IMG/VR virus record: IMGVR_UViG_3300006155_000002
Strand: one strand, 5' to 3'
DNA: 64,000 bases
Source: a virus
Lineage: Duplodnaviria; Caudoviricetes
Positions 16,560 to 24,938 of this stretch are shown here, piece by piece (position 1 is the stretch's first letter; each line of letters starts with the position of its first letter). The position numbers were made by a program, and so were the translations under genes. The notes under the pieces were generated by a model. That model was given only the letters and a program-made list of their open reading frames with translations. It was not told the DNA's origin and made no database searches.

Positions 16560-18042
16560 TGCTTTCCTCCTCTTTTTCCTCCGCCTTGACATCTTGTTCC
16601 TCCAACCATAACACGGCCTCCAACGGCGTCTTGGTAGAGCCGTCGGGCATTTCGATGACCTTCCCGATCCTGGTCGAAAACAGCTCCTGCGTCATACGCC
16701 CAGTGGTCATGCTTTCCAGGACGTTGACACTTTTTGCGGACTGGACGCAAGCCGCTACAGCGCCAACATAGTCCCGGTTTCTCATGGATTGGCGAATTGT
16801 CCGCTCGTTGTCGCCCAAACAGTGGAATCCTTGGATATGCTGGTTGGGCGTATGGTCCATGATAATCTCCCGTGGGAAGTCGTATCCGTCTACACCGCGA
16901 TATCTTCCGTCGTCAAAGTTCAGCCGATATGCGGCGCAGATACGAATCTTCAAAGTTTCCTTCAGGAAGATTTCTGTCATCAGCCGTTTGATCCGTTCGT
17001 ACGTCATCTCGCTATGACCAACCGACTGGTAGAAGTAGCTGCGTCTGTTGTTGATGATGGACTCTGCGGCATCCGGATCAAAGTTTGCAACCGTAGTGGT
17101 AACGACAAACTCGATTTCACCGTTGTTTACCCGCATCAAATGAAGGGCGTTGTTGCAGAGGAAGAACTCCAGAAGCTCGCTGCTCTCCTCGCCGCCGCCG
17201 TTCTCGATCTTGTCCTTCAGTCCGCACTCCTGAGTTTTGAGATCATTCATCTGCTGATAGAGGGAAGCGAACTGTCGCTCCAGCTCCTGGAAATTGCGAT
17301 CCATTCCAACAATCTGACTGCGGATATTCTGAAGCTTACGGCGGTCAAACTGCGTCTCAAATCCAGTCAGCTTACTGCGAATGATTTGTGACCGGAAGTC
17401 AAACCGTTTGGCGAACTCCTGGATCTTGGCCTCGTAGTCGGGGGCGTACCGCTTGATGAGCGTTGCAGCAAGCTCCGTTTCCTCTGTGGTGGCCGGATTC
17501 TCGTTGAAATACCAGGGAAAGTACCTGGGAATCAGAGACGCCAGAGTGTGCCATCGTTTTAGATTCATCCGCTCCGTAAAGATGATCGTATTGCGAAGTT
17601 CCTCATTCATATAGATCTTGGCACGGAACCTCGCATTCTTCTCAATCCAGGCGGATAAATCTTCCACCAGCCGATACCCGGAAATGGTTTTCGGCACACC
17701 CTCTGCAAGCCTCTCGAAGCAGGCCGTATTGCTCTCGTCATCATTCTCGAAGGAATGAATGAGCAGTTCTCCACGGCTATCGCCGTAAAGAATATCCATG
17801 CCGCTCATAAAAGCCCTGACACAGTCTCTCGCTGACGAACCAGTCAACTGCCCAGAGCTGTAGTCCGAGTGGGTGTGCCGCAATTTGATTGACTCCTCTT
17901 TCGGAACCCTGCTGTACAGCAAAGCCCTTAAGGTTGCGACGAACGATTCATCGGAGCGGAAATTGCATCCGTCGATGTTATGAAACAAACTCGACGCGAC
18001 CTCATTGGCGAGAGTCAGACCAGTGATTTCTTTTGAGAACAT
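16552..18042 (-). CDS. Coiled-coil protein with C-terminal prokaryotic E2-like domain
   Basis: PNQHIQGFHCLG resembles the E2 active-site motif; lies between Ubl and JAB/E1. Confidence 0.6.
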   Translation of the reverse strand: MFSKEITGLTLANEVASSLFHNIDGCNFRSDESFVATLRALLYSRVPKEESIKLRHTHSDYSSGQLTGSSARDCVRAFMSGMDILYGDSRGELLIHSFENDDESNTACFERLAEGVPKTISGYRLVEDLSAWIEKNARFRAKIYMNEELRNTIIFTERMNLKRWHTLASLIPRYFPWYFNENPATTEETELAATLIKRYAPDYEAKIQEFAKRFDFRSQIIRSKLTGFETQFDRRKLQNIRSQIVGMDRNFQELERQFASLYQQMNDLKTQECGLKDKIENGGGEESSELLEFFLCNNALHLMRVNNGEIEFVVTTTVANFDPDAAESIINNRRSYFYQSVGHSEMTYERIKRLMTEIFLKETLKIRICAAYRLNFDDGRYRGVDGYDFPREIIMDHTPNQHIQGFHCLGDNERTIRQSMRNRDYVGAVAACVQSAKSVNVLESMTTGRMTQELFSTRIGKVIEMPDGSTKTPLEAVLWLEEQDVKAEEKEEESNE

Positions 18043-18130
18043 AGCCTGCTCCTTTTCTTAAAAATTTAAGGGCTCCCACCATTCAGATGGGAGCCCTCGA
18101 CCCTATGTATGGGCTGTGGTCCTGTGCTGC

Positions 18131-18385
18131 TTAGGCGTTGTCGGCCTTGACCACAGAGATCAGGAAGCAGCGGTCGTGGCCGGGCTCGCCGGTGTAGCCC
18201 AGCTCGGCGAAGGTCTGGTCCCACTTGGCGCCGGTGATGGTATCGCCGTCCAGGGACAGCATCCCCATAGCGTAGTCCAGGCCGGTCTCGCCCTTGGTGC
18301 TCTCCATGGCCTCGCGGATGGTGGTGTTGGGGTTCAGGTTGAAACGGAAGCGCTTCAGGTTGTTGCCGATAGTCACGTTAATCAT
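18131..18385 (-). CDS. Ubiquitin-like (beta-grasp) protein
   Basis: 84 aa with a beta-grasp-like pattern (INVTI, TTIREAM, LSLDG); ends KADNA; operon context. Confidence 0.7.
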   Translation of the reverse strand: MINVTIGNNLKRFRFNLNPNTTIREAMESTKGETGLDYAMGMLSLDGDTITGAKWDQTFAELGYTGEPGHDRCFLISVVKADNA

Positions 18386-18477
18386 GATTCATTTCTCCTT
18401 TTTATTCAAAAAATTTTTTTGGATGGATTGGGGTTGCCGGGCGGGGATTGTTTCACCCCGCCCGGATAGGTGTCGTC

Positions 18478-18879
18478 TTAGACGACGGTGATGTTGGCCA
18501 TGACCTCGTCGTTCTCGGCCTTGACTGCGGCCAGTGCCTCGTCGATGCCGGCCTCCACCTTGTTCAGGCGGACAACGGCCTTGCCGACCAGCTTGGCGGC
18601 GTAAGCCTTCACATCCTCGACACCAGCGGGAACGGGGATGGTGATGGTGGCCTTCTTCTCTGCATCATGGGTCTCGGAGGCGAACGTCGCGCCGTTCTGG
18701 TTGATGCTGCCGTTGGCAGCGGCGGTCTCCACGCGGAAGATCTCTTCCTTCTTGCCGTTCTCGTCGGTCTCAACCAGACGGAGGGCACGAGGACGATACT
18801 CCTCCAGCGTCTTCAGAGCCTCCAGGCTCTTGCTGCTGGTGACGACAATCGCATCGCCAACAATCGTGATCTTTGCCAT
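18478..18879 (-). CDS. Hypothetical protein heading the Ubl operon
   Basis: 133-aa ORF with strong codon bias and AAAGGAAG RBS. Confidence 0.8.
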   Translation of the reverse strand: MAKITIVGDAIVVTSSKSLEALKTLEEYRPRALRLVETDENGKKEEIFRVETAAANGSINQNGATFASETHDAEKKATITIPVPAGVEDVKAYAAKLVGKAVVRLNKVEAGIDEALAAVKAENDEVMANITVV

Positions 18880-18922
18880 ACTGATACATCTTCCTTTCTG
18901 TTCGGGCTCAGCCCATTTATGT

Positions 18923-19014
18923 ATCCCGTTCGCTCACCCTCCAGGACATCTCTAATGTATTGCTCCAGTCGGGTTATCCAGCCTGAACCACGAGGAGGTG
19001 GGACCGCTCAGGCC
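18923..19014 (-). ncRNA. HDV-like self-cleaving ribozyme
   Basis: GGCCUGA-GCG-GUCCCAC-CUCCUC-GUGG-U-UCAGGCU-GG...GCGAAC-GGGAU matches P1, P2, P3, L3 and J4/2 of the genomic HDV ribozyme. Confidence 0.85.
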
Positions 19015-19035
19015 ATAAGAAAGCCCCGCAGCACT

Positions 19036-19482
19036 TCAACTGCGGGGCATAATGATTTGATTGAAATCTTCAATGGAGATGACAGGAGAATTGCAGGCCA
19101 TGCCTTCTGGGTAATAGTAGAAGACGCAACATGGATAATAGTCATCTACATCTTCCGTTCCAACCTCCAGAACAACCTCTCCAGTCTCCACATCTTCCAT
19201 AACAAGGACATCGCTGCCATATTCGTCGCGTTCCGGTTTCATGTAACAGCGCATTTTCTGAGGGGCAAATGAATTCCTTGGAGGTTCATCGGATATGGTG
19301 AGGTCTCTGCACCTGCTTCTGTATCCATCGTCTGGGTCTTCAACTGCCATGTAGTGAGCACCATCTAAGGTAAACTTTACGAACTGACAGTCCTGATCTC
19401 CTTCCCACTCGTCATACACAGTGATGTATCCGATTTCGACACCAGATAATTCATGAATTCCGGTCAAGTCAGATAATTCCAC
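19036..19482 (-). CDS. Hypothetical protein (EDPDDGYRS motif)
   Basis: GTG start after GGAGGTG; acidic. Confidence 0.75.
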   Translation of the reverse strand: MELSDLTGIHELSGVEIGYITVYDEWEGDQDCQFVKFTLDGAHYMAVEDPDDGYRSRCRDLTISDEPPRNSFAPQKMRCYMKPERDEYGSDVLVMEDVETGEVVLEVGTEDVDDYYPCCVFYYYPEGMACNSPVISIEDFNQIIMPRS

Positions 19483-19486
19483 TCGG

Positions 19487-19828
19487 TCACCTCCCAAGAA
19501 TGGCATAGAAGCTTTCGTCTGAGATTTCTTCCTGCTCCTGCTCACCATAGAAAGTGCATTTCTTAAATCTGTTCCAAGGGCTATCATCTGTGCTGGACTT
19601 AGGCCCGCGCTTCACCATGGTCCCCTGAACAAAGTAGCAAAAGTCTTTTTTGTATTTTCTCCAATACCTTTCACCGGTTGGTTTAATACCATTAGGATAT
19701 GTAATACCATAGTCTGCTAAAATTTTGGCAAGTTCTCGCTCTAAATCTTCTTTTGGGCAACTGATGGCAATCTCACATCTGCCAGTTAGCATAGATGTAT
19801 CAAATGGCTCATCCCACATTTGACCCAC
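19487..19828 (-). CDS. Hypothetical protein, paralog of 19834-20199
   Basis: Shared PF..SML.GR.E..I.CP and KCTFYG motifs. Confidence 0.8.
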   Translation of the reverse strand: MGQMWDEPFDTSMLTGRCEIAISCPKEDLERELAKILADYGITYPNGIKPTGERYWRKYKKDFCYFVQGTMVKRGPKSSTDDSPWNRFKKCTFYGEQEQEEISDESFYAILGR

Positions 19829-19833
19829 CTCCT

Positions 19834-20199
19834 TTAACTACCCCTCCCCGCGAGGATAATTGCTTCAAAGTCAGTGTCGGAAATTTCAATATCAGGTTCC
19901 GAGCCGTAAAATGTGCATTTTATGCCAGAACGACATCCTGTATTTCCTGAAACTCTGCCGTATGACATATGTTTGGAGAAACTGATATGGTAGCACATAT
20001 CATATTTATATTCACTCCAGTAACTTTTGTACGACACGGGGCGCTCCCCAGTGACCCATTTGACCCCGTTTTCACCAAGAACATCCATCAATTCTTCAGC
20101 CGCTTCGCTTTCTGGGCAATGGATAATAACCTCGTGTCTGCCATCAAGCATAGATGGAGAAAATGGAGCATCGAAGCTATCGCTCAAATCCATTCGCAC
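19834..20199 (-). CDS. Hypothetical protein, paralog of 19487-19828
   Basis: Shared PF..SML.GR.E..I.CP and KCTFYG motifs. Confidence 0.8.
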   Translation of the reverse strand: MRMDLSDSFDAPFSPSMLDGRHEVIIHCPESEAAEELMDVLGENGVKWVTGERPVSYKSYWSEYKYDMCYHISFSKHMSYGRVSGNTGCRSGIKCTFYGSEPDIEISDTDFEAIILAGRGS

Positions 20200-20495
20200 T
20201 CACTCCTTTCGATTCGTTCAATATCCATCCTCGCCCCATTGTCCTGCGGAATAGGCAGGAACTTTCCGTAACAATCTGGGTCATAAGGATTTTTATCAAG
20301 ATACCACAGTCCCATGAACACACCGTAGCAACCGACTTTTCGATGCCACATGACTGGACCGCTGTATCCTGACGAACGGAATCGAACGAAATCACCTGTC
20401 ATGATTTCGTTTCGATCACAGTCAAGCAACCCAGTGGGAAGTCCGATGCGTTCTTTCTTGCTTCTTGGGACAGGGATGAAGCGCTTCTTCTCCAC
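20184..20495 (-). CDS. Hypothetical protein (YopX-like TGLLD..EI..GD motif)
   Basis: Motif resemblance only. Confidence 0.6.
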   Translation of the reverse strand: MEKKRFIPVPRSKKERIGLPTGLLDCDRNEIMTGDFVRFRSSGYSGPVMWHRKVGCYGVFMGLWYLDKNPYDPDCYGKFLPIPQDNGARMDIERIERSECEWI

Positions 20496-20497
20496 TG

Positions 20498-20914
20498 CTA
20501 TCGAATTTCTTTTTCATCCACAATGACCTCCCAGTTTCCAAAGGAGCCGTGCATAATCAGAGAACCCATGCGGAAATCATCATTGATAACATCACCAACG
20601 GACAGGTTGTCGTAATATTCCTTATCAACCGGAATCTCCAGCGTGATTTCGTTCATCGAGTCCTTGATGTGCTCTTTGATGCTCAGCGTAAAGTGAGATT
20701 GCTTAATGCGGAATGTAACCACATATTTCGCAATCCCGTTTGCTTCTCTTGCATCAAGAATCTCGGCCTCGATAGCGGCCTTCTGCTCCTGTAAAACCGC
20801 TATCTCGTCTCGGAGCTCTGCACGCTCTTGCTCCAAATATTCGTTGCTCTCAGTGCAACTGGGGAGCGCAACGAACATCATAAACAGTACAACAACTGCT
20901 AAAATCTTTTTCAT
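20498..20914 (-). CDS. Putative lipoprotein with coiled coil
   Basis: MKK, hydrophobic stretch and LPSC lipobox-like motif. Confidence 0.7.
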   Translation of the reverse strand: MKKILAVVVLFMMFVALPSCTESNEYLEQERAELRDEIAVLQEQKAAIEAEILDAREANGIAKYVVTFRIKQSHFTLSIKEHIKDSMNEITLEIPVDKEYYDNLSVGDVINDDFRMGSLIMHGSFGNWEVIVDEKEIR

Positions 20915-20940
20915 AACACACCTCACTCAAAAATTTTCCA

Positions 20941-21114
20941 ATATGCGGGTGAGGATTTGCACCTCACATAGAGCCGATTATTGCCAAGCAGAACCGCTGC
21001 GGACAGGACTACTTCGTCCACCGTGATTCAACCACCACCCGCCACGTCAGAGTCGAACTGATGTCTGCTCCTACCTGTACTGTTCATAGCGTCTACCTAT
21101 TCCGCTACCGCATA
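20941..21114 (-). ncRNA. tRNA-like RNA with large central insertion
   Basis: TATGCGG/CCGCATA acceptor, Leu-like D arm GCGGAATAGGTAGACGC, T arm GTGAG-GTGCAAAT-CCTCAC, ~120-nt insert containing a TTCGACT T-loop. Confidence 0.55.
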
Positions 21115-21128
21115 AAAGGTCTGTTTAT

Positions 21129-21392
21129 TTATAAGGCATCCAACTCGGCTTGGAGCAAGGCCAGCTCATTCTTGATAGCATCAATGATGCCAACGGAGAG
21201 CCGCTCAGAAGCAGACACTTCGTTGTTACACCACCCGTGCGAGGTTCTGATTGTAACTTGAGCATTCTGCTGTTTCGGTGCAACAAAGAAACTGAGCTTG
21301 CCCCAACACTGCTGAGTATCTTTCAGGAACTTGCTGAGCACATCAATTTGCTCGTTAATAAGGTTGGCTTGTTTCAAGTCTTCTTTGGTCAC
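21129..21392 (-). CDS. Hypothetical protein
   Basis: ORF with RBS, co-oriented with its neighbours. Confidence 0.7.
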   Translation of the reverse strand: MTKEDLKQANLINEQIDVLSKFLKDTQQCWGKLSFFVAPKQQNAQVTIRTSHGWCNNEVSASERLSVGIIDAIKNELALLQAELDAL

Positions 21393-21405
21393 TTCTCCAC
21401 CCTCC

Positions 21406-21561
21406 TTACTTAATCATTTCGGCCAGTTCCTCGGATGAGATATCGAGGAGTTCAGCGCCGATTGCAAGGAGGAGCGACACTGTTGCCTCGTCGCCCTCGT
21501 TGACGAGAATGAACGATTGGATGGCGTTTACAACATCCTCCGGGAAAAGAACCGTGTTCAT
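21406..21561 (-). CDS. Small hypothetical protein (51 aa)
   Basis: Manual translation MNTVLFPEDVV..., GAGGTG RBS. Confidence 0.65.
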   Translation of the reverse strand: MNTVLFPEDVVNAIQSFILVNEGDEATVSLLLAIGAELLDISSEELAEMIK

Positions 21562-21612
21562 GTGACGCACCTCATTTCTTGAATTTGCTATGAAAGGACT
21601 GTTTTATTTGGT

Positions 21613-21807
21613 TTACCACGGCCAAACTGTGATACAATAGAACAACGCACCTCCAAGGAAGAACCAATCCAGCCGGTCGAGAAACCTTTTATAGCTTGAA
21701 TCATAATCTTCCTTTGCCCAGGATTGAAGCGCCAAATGCAACAGTGAAACAGCCGCAGCGGCGAGGCAATAAATGATAAACAATGTTTTGCTGCTCATTA
21801 CCTTCAC
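21613..21807 (-). CDS. Small membrane protein
   Basis: Two hydrophobic segments. Confidence 0.6.
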   Translation of the reverse strand: MKVMSSKTLFIIYCLAAAAVSLLHLALQSWAKEDYDSSYKRFLDRLDWFFLGGALFYCITVWPW

Positions 21808-21847
21808 CTCAATCTAAAATTATTTGTTGCATAAGAAAAGCGCCGCA

Positions 21848-22129
21848 TCAGCGGCGCCCTTCCAAAACTATGTAGCCAGGGACGAACAAATCTATTGTGG
21901 AAAACACCTTATTGCGCTGGATATCATCGGCTGGGATAAAAGAAATCTCCGTACTAACACAATAAAAGTCTGCATCGTCATTTTCATGGTCAAGTCGCAT
22001 CGAATGAATATCCAACCCCTGCGGAGCTACAACTTTTACCGCATCAATAAGGTTCATGACACCTTTGTCTGGCACATCATCAACCTTGTTTCTTTTACGA
22101 ATAAATCGTACAGTAACTTTACTCTGCAT
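21848..22129 (-). CDS. Hypothetical protein
   Basis: Co-oriented ORF. Confidence 0.6.
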   Translation of the reverse strand: MQSKVTVRFIRKRNKVDDVPDKGVMNLIDAVKVVAPQGLDIHSMRLDHENDDADFYCVSTEISFIPADDIQRNKVFSTIDLFVPGYIVLEGRR

Positions 22130-22157
22130 TTATAACACCAACCTTGTATCAGTGGCT

Positions 22158-22376
22158 CTAAATAACGTCCTCAATTTCAGACTCACAAACAAACGTGCGC
22201 CGAAAACCCATGTCAACAAGGTAAAGGTTTTCATTTATCTTGACAGGCTCTGTGGAGGCAGGAGCGCTATCCACAATTTTGCCAAACTGGCTGAACTTAA
22301 ACTCATCCGTTCCATTCTTGGCTATGCGAACAAACCTAACTTTCACACCATTTGGGAGCAGTTCTTTTCTTTTCAT
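22158..22376 (-). CDS. Hypothetical protein
   Basis: Co-oriented ORF. Confidence 0.6.
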   Translation of the reverse strand: MKRKELLPNGVKVRFVRIAKNGTDEFKFSQFGKIVDSAPASTEPVKINENLYLVDMGFRRTFVCESEIEDVI

Positions 22377-22877
22377 TGAATTTTGCCACTCCCTTCATCA
22401 AGGACCTAAACGAATTGTACCACATCTATTGTTGAGCTGCAATGTATCAAAGAGCTATTTGATTGAATATGTGGGGCAGCGGGAGCGACCCGCCAACCCC
22501 ACACACCCTTTGCAAAGCCCTTGCGCAATCTGATGACTACGCTCGGCACCCGGCGGAAGGAATCGAACCTTCTCAAACCTAACCGGGATATAGATGGGCG
22601 GGCATCGTCCTTCTATGCCCACCCATATAGAAGATATTTTACATCGTGTTTTAAGCTCTTTGGCCAATGCCTCAGCTTATCTAACTCAGGTGCAGAATCT
22701 GTATCAGCCCACAGGCCGTGACCGCTCCAGAAAAGAAGCACCATAGGATTTTTAAGTTTTTGCTCAGCTTGTTTTCTTCGCTGTGGAATTTGCAAATTGT
22801 ATCCAAGACAAAGCAAGCAATGAACATCACATAGAAAATCCTTGACAACATAGAAATGCTCACAAGCGCACCTTCAT

Positions 22878-23072
22878 TTACTTTTTGTCGAAGAACCTGC
22901 GGAAGAACTCAATCATCTCTTCTTCTTCTGGAAAGAACGGGTCGCGGCCAGCGGAAGCCATCTCGCCAAAAACATTCACCATCAACTGACCGAAGCGCCA
23001 GTCAGATGCGTTGCTTGCCCAAATGTCGGCAAGTTCATTGCAGAACTTGTAGATCCTTTTCGGGTCTCTCAT
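22878..23072 (-). CDS. Small phage protein (MRDPKRI...DWRFGQL)
   Basis: Common phage small-protein signature; AAGGAG RBS. Confidence 0.8.
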   Translation of the reverse strand: MRDPKRIYKFCNELADIWASNASDWRFGQLMVNVFGEMASAGRDPFFPEEEEMIEFFRRFFDKK

Positions 23073-23283
23073 GTTACACGCTCCTTTATTCAAACCAGTC
23101 GTTAGTCCATTTGTGATGACGTTTTGTGTCATAGCTCTGGTGGATATCAACAAAGCAAAGCCATCGAATTTCATTGCCCGCCACGACAGGAAGAAATGCG
23201 AACTTCCTTATGACTCGTTCCTCTCCGGCATATGGACGAAAAATCATGTTTGAACTTCTCCCTCTGATATACTGGATTTTTTT

Positions 23284-23359
23284 TGGTGGAGATAGTCGGA
23301 CTCGAACCGGCGACCCTCTGCTTGCAAAGCAGACGCTCTCCCAACTGAGCTATATCCCC
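23284..23359 (-). tRNA. tRNA-Ala(TGC)
   Basis: Cloverleaf, G3:U70 pair, CCA. Confidence 0.95.
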
Positions 23360-23362
23360 GAA

Positions 23363-23436
23363 TGGTGGATCATCAAGGAATCGAACCTTGGCCAGCCGGT
23401 TATGAGCCAGCCGCTCGACCTTCGAGCTAATGATCC
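23363..23436 (-). tRNA. tRNA with CAT anticodon (Met or Ile2)
   Basis: Cloverleaf, loop CTCATAA, ACCA end. Confidence 0.85.
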
Positions 23437-23437
23437 A

Positions 23438-23521
23438 TGGAGCCGGGAGATGGGAATGACCCACCACGCTTCCATCGACGTACCCATGGCATCGACTTCA
23501 GTTTCTGTTCAAACACCCGGC
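23438..23521 (-). pseudogene. Degenerate tRNA-like element
   Basis: GCCGGG/CCCGGC-TCCA acceptor and T-like arm; no regular D or anticodon arm. Confidence 0.45.
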
Positions 23522-23617
23522 ATAGAACCGGCTTTCACGGTTCGTTCTGGAGAGAACGAGCTTGGATTTCACATGGAATTGGCGGCTTTTGAGAGGAGCC
23601 GCCAGAACCTCGAAGTC

Positions 23618-24925
23618 TTACTCCTGGCCCGCCTGATAGCCAGTCTGAGCGGGAGCAGCCGCAGGAGCCTGAAACAGGCCGCCGCCCATCATCTGGCTCA
23701 TCATCAGCATCTTCATCAGACCGCCGCTCTTCCCCTCGCCGTCGTCGTCGCCGGACAGAGCCATCAGCATCAGGGGATTCATGCCGCCGAACAGGCCGCC
23801 AGCCGGAGCCGCAGAAGTTGCCGCAGCATTGCCGCCCATCATGGTCATCATGGCGATGGTGGTGAACAGATCATCCTCGCTGTCGGTGTCGCCCAGCAGC
23901 ATCAGGAACATGGGATTGATACCGTCACCGCCGCGGCCGGTCATCATGGTAAACAGGGAAGTGACCTTGGCATAGGGGCAGTAGCCCATCACGGTGTTGA
24001 TCTCCTTCACCAGGGTGGCGGTACGGCCGCTTTCCAGGGAGACGCCCTTGATGGCGCCGGCCTCGGTGATGTTGGTGACATAGATGTACTTGCCGCCGTT
24101 GAGGACCACGTCGCCGACGTGGACGTCCTTCACGGGCATGACGAAGACCATCTTGTCCAACGCCTCGGAGCCCAGAACCAGATCCATGCAGTTGTTGATG
24201 GACTTGCTCTCGGGATCGTAGAACACATAGTCGCCGTCCTTGCGGCGGTAGGCGATGTCGCCGGAGATGCTCAGGGCGACGGAGCCGTCGTCGATGGTGT
24301 GGGGCATATACTGCTTCAGCATCTTCTTGAAATCAAACTTCATTTTGGAACTCTTCCTTTCAGTTTTAGTTTTGGTATCGAAGGCATCGGACTTCTCAGG
24401 GGTCACAGGGGTTGCGGAGGCACGACTGGTGGGAATACTGGCGCTCTTAGGAACCATGCGATGACCAGACGGCTTAGTGTCGATCCGCCTGCGAACAGGC
24501 TCACCAGCAAAGTCGTTGGCGTGCCAGACCCACATTCCGTCATCCTCGGCGATGGAATAGCCGGGTTCGCTTCCGGGAATATCCACGACGTTCTCGCCAG
24601 TGATGGTGACCTGTGTTCCGGCCAACGCCACCATTGCCGGGGCATGAAGGTCGTCGAGGTCAGACCTCACCAGAACCAGATCACCGACGTGGTACTGCTC
24701 CGCGATGCCGGAGAACATCTGGTCGGTCCAGATGCAGAATTCATCATCCTCTTCGATGAAGTATCCGTTTTCTCCGACGTCGGTAATGGTCACAGTTTCT
24801 CCACGCAGGGCGTCCATGGAACGGACGAAGTTATAACAACTGTGGCCATCATCCATCGCATAGTCGCGCCCAATCACGAGGTCGTCCCGAACCTTTACCA
24901 TGTCCCCTTGTTTGTACTTGGGCAT
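23618..24925 (-). CDS. Protein with two N-terminal SH3/KOW-like repeats and a Met/Gly-rich C-terminus
   Basis: GD.V.VR.DL repeated twice; internal RBS and ATG at 24343. Confidence 0.75.
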   Translation of the reverse strand: MPKYKQGDMVKVRDDLVIGRDYAMDDGHSCYNFVRSMDALRGETVTITDVGENGYFIEEDDEFCIWTDQMFSGIAEQYHVGDLVLVRSDLDDLHAPAMVALAGTQVTITGENVVDIPGSEPGYSIAEDDGMWVWHANDFAGEPVRRRIDTKPSGHRMVPKSASIPTSRASATPVTPEKSDAFDTKTKTERKSSKMKFDFKKMLKQYMPHTIDDGSVALSISGDIAYRRKDGDYVFYDPESKSINNCMDLVLGSEALDKMVFVMPVKDVHVGDVVLNGGKYIYVTNITEAGAIKGVSLESGRTATLVKEINTVMGYCPYAKVTSLFTMMTGRGGDGINPMFLMLLGDTDSEDDLFTTIAMMTMMGGNAAATSAAPAGGLFGGMNPLMLMALSGDDDGEGKSGGLMKMLMMSQMMGGGLFQAPAAAPAQTGYQAGQE

Positions 24926-24938
24926 TAACCAAACTCCT

